A DNA stretch of 63,201 nt from Rhizaria sp. SCN 62-66 (lineage: Eukaryota): the NCBI GenBank assembly GCA_001724265.1, contig MEDY01000144.1, forward strand, positions 1-63,201, given 5' to 3'. Below, one piece after another: positions 62,767 to 63,201 of the stretch. The position numbers and the translations under genes were made by a program. Below the pieces are notes generated by a model. It saw nothing but the letters and a program-made list of their open reading frames with translations, was not told the origin of the DNA and did no database searches. How positions within the stretch are numbered: the first letter of the stretch is position 1; the number at the start of each line of letters is the position of its first letter.

Positions 62767-63052
62767 CTACAGAAGCAAAAAAAGAGAGTGGAGCATGTAC
62801 GATAGAGTTAGAAAATGCGTTACAAATACTATGCAGCGATTGATACCCATGTTTTGGAGCGGTATGATGCCAACAAGCCCGGCGGTGATGATGAGAGAGG
62901 GTGATGGGCATTGATGGGATAGGGCCGCCCTTCGCCTCATCTCACGCGTAAATCTCATCATGGCGAATATAAAGTACAAAGCCGCAAAACAAAACCAAGT
63001 CAAAACATGGCTAAAGCAAAAGTATGCAGCGGGGCACAGCTCAGATACGTAC
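62767..63052 (-). other. Probable 5'-UTR intron of the aminotransferase gene (286 nt)
   Basis: Donor AG|GTACGT at 63052; polypyrimidine tract and TGTAG acceptor ending at 62767, 3 nt before the ATG at 62763. Confidence 0.6.
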
Positions 63053-63201
63053 CTTCGAGCGAAGCGTTTTACAACCAGCCCCAAACGGACAGCCTCGCTG
63101 TCACACGGGGGTCGCGAATTGGGCCGATTGCTGTTATTGACGAAATCTTGATAGGTATGTCGTAAAATTGTGTTTGAGTTCGTGCACAACATTTTAATTA
63201 C

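Overview
Gene-dense nuclear DNA from a eukaryote, probably a flagellated protist (it has DNAAF3, CFAP20 and a dynein light intermediate chain). Exons are GC-rich; introns (108-286 nt) and intergenic spacers are AT-rich. I modelled 17 protein-coding genes by hand. The recognisable ones are DNAAF3/PF22, an SLC35/TPT-family transporter, a DEAH-box helicase, CFAP20, an articulin-like PDZ protein, cytoplasmic dynein-1 LIC, a MED8-like protein, a WBP4-like U1 zinc-finger protein, an RFESD-like Rieske protein and a mitochondrial-type alanine aminotransferase. The rest are Ala/Ser-rich hypothetical proteins. Main signal: a probable non-standard nuclear genetic code in which TAG is a sense codon (most likely Gln) while TAA and TGA remain stops. 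Four genes carry a single in-frame TAG in otherwise continuous frames, one of them inside a CAG/poly-Gln run between two conserved DNAAF3 blocks. All 17 modelled termini are TAA (12) or TGA (5). Second signal: the 5' splice site consensus is GTACGT (14 of 18 introns), and none has A at +4. No tRNA, rRNA, CRISPR or mobile element was recognisable. All homology calls come from recalled motifs, not database searches.
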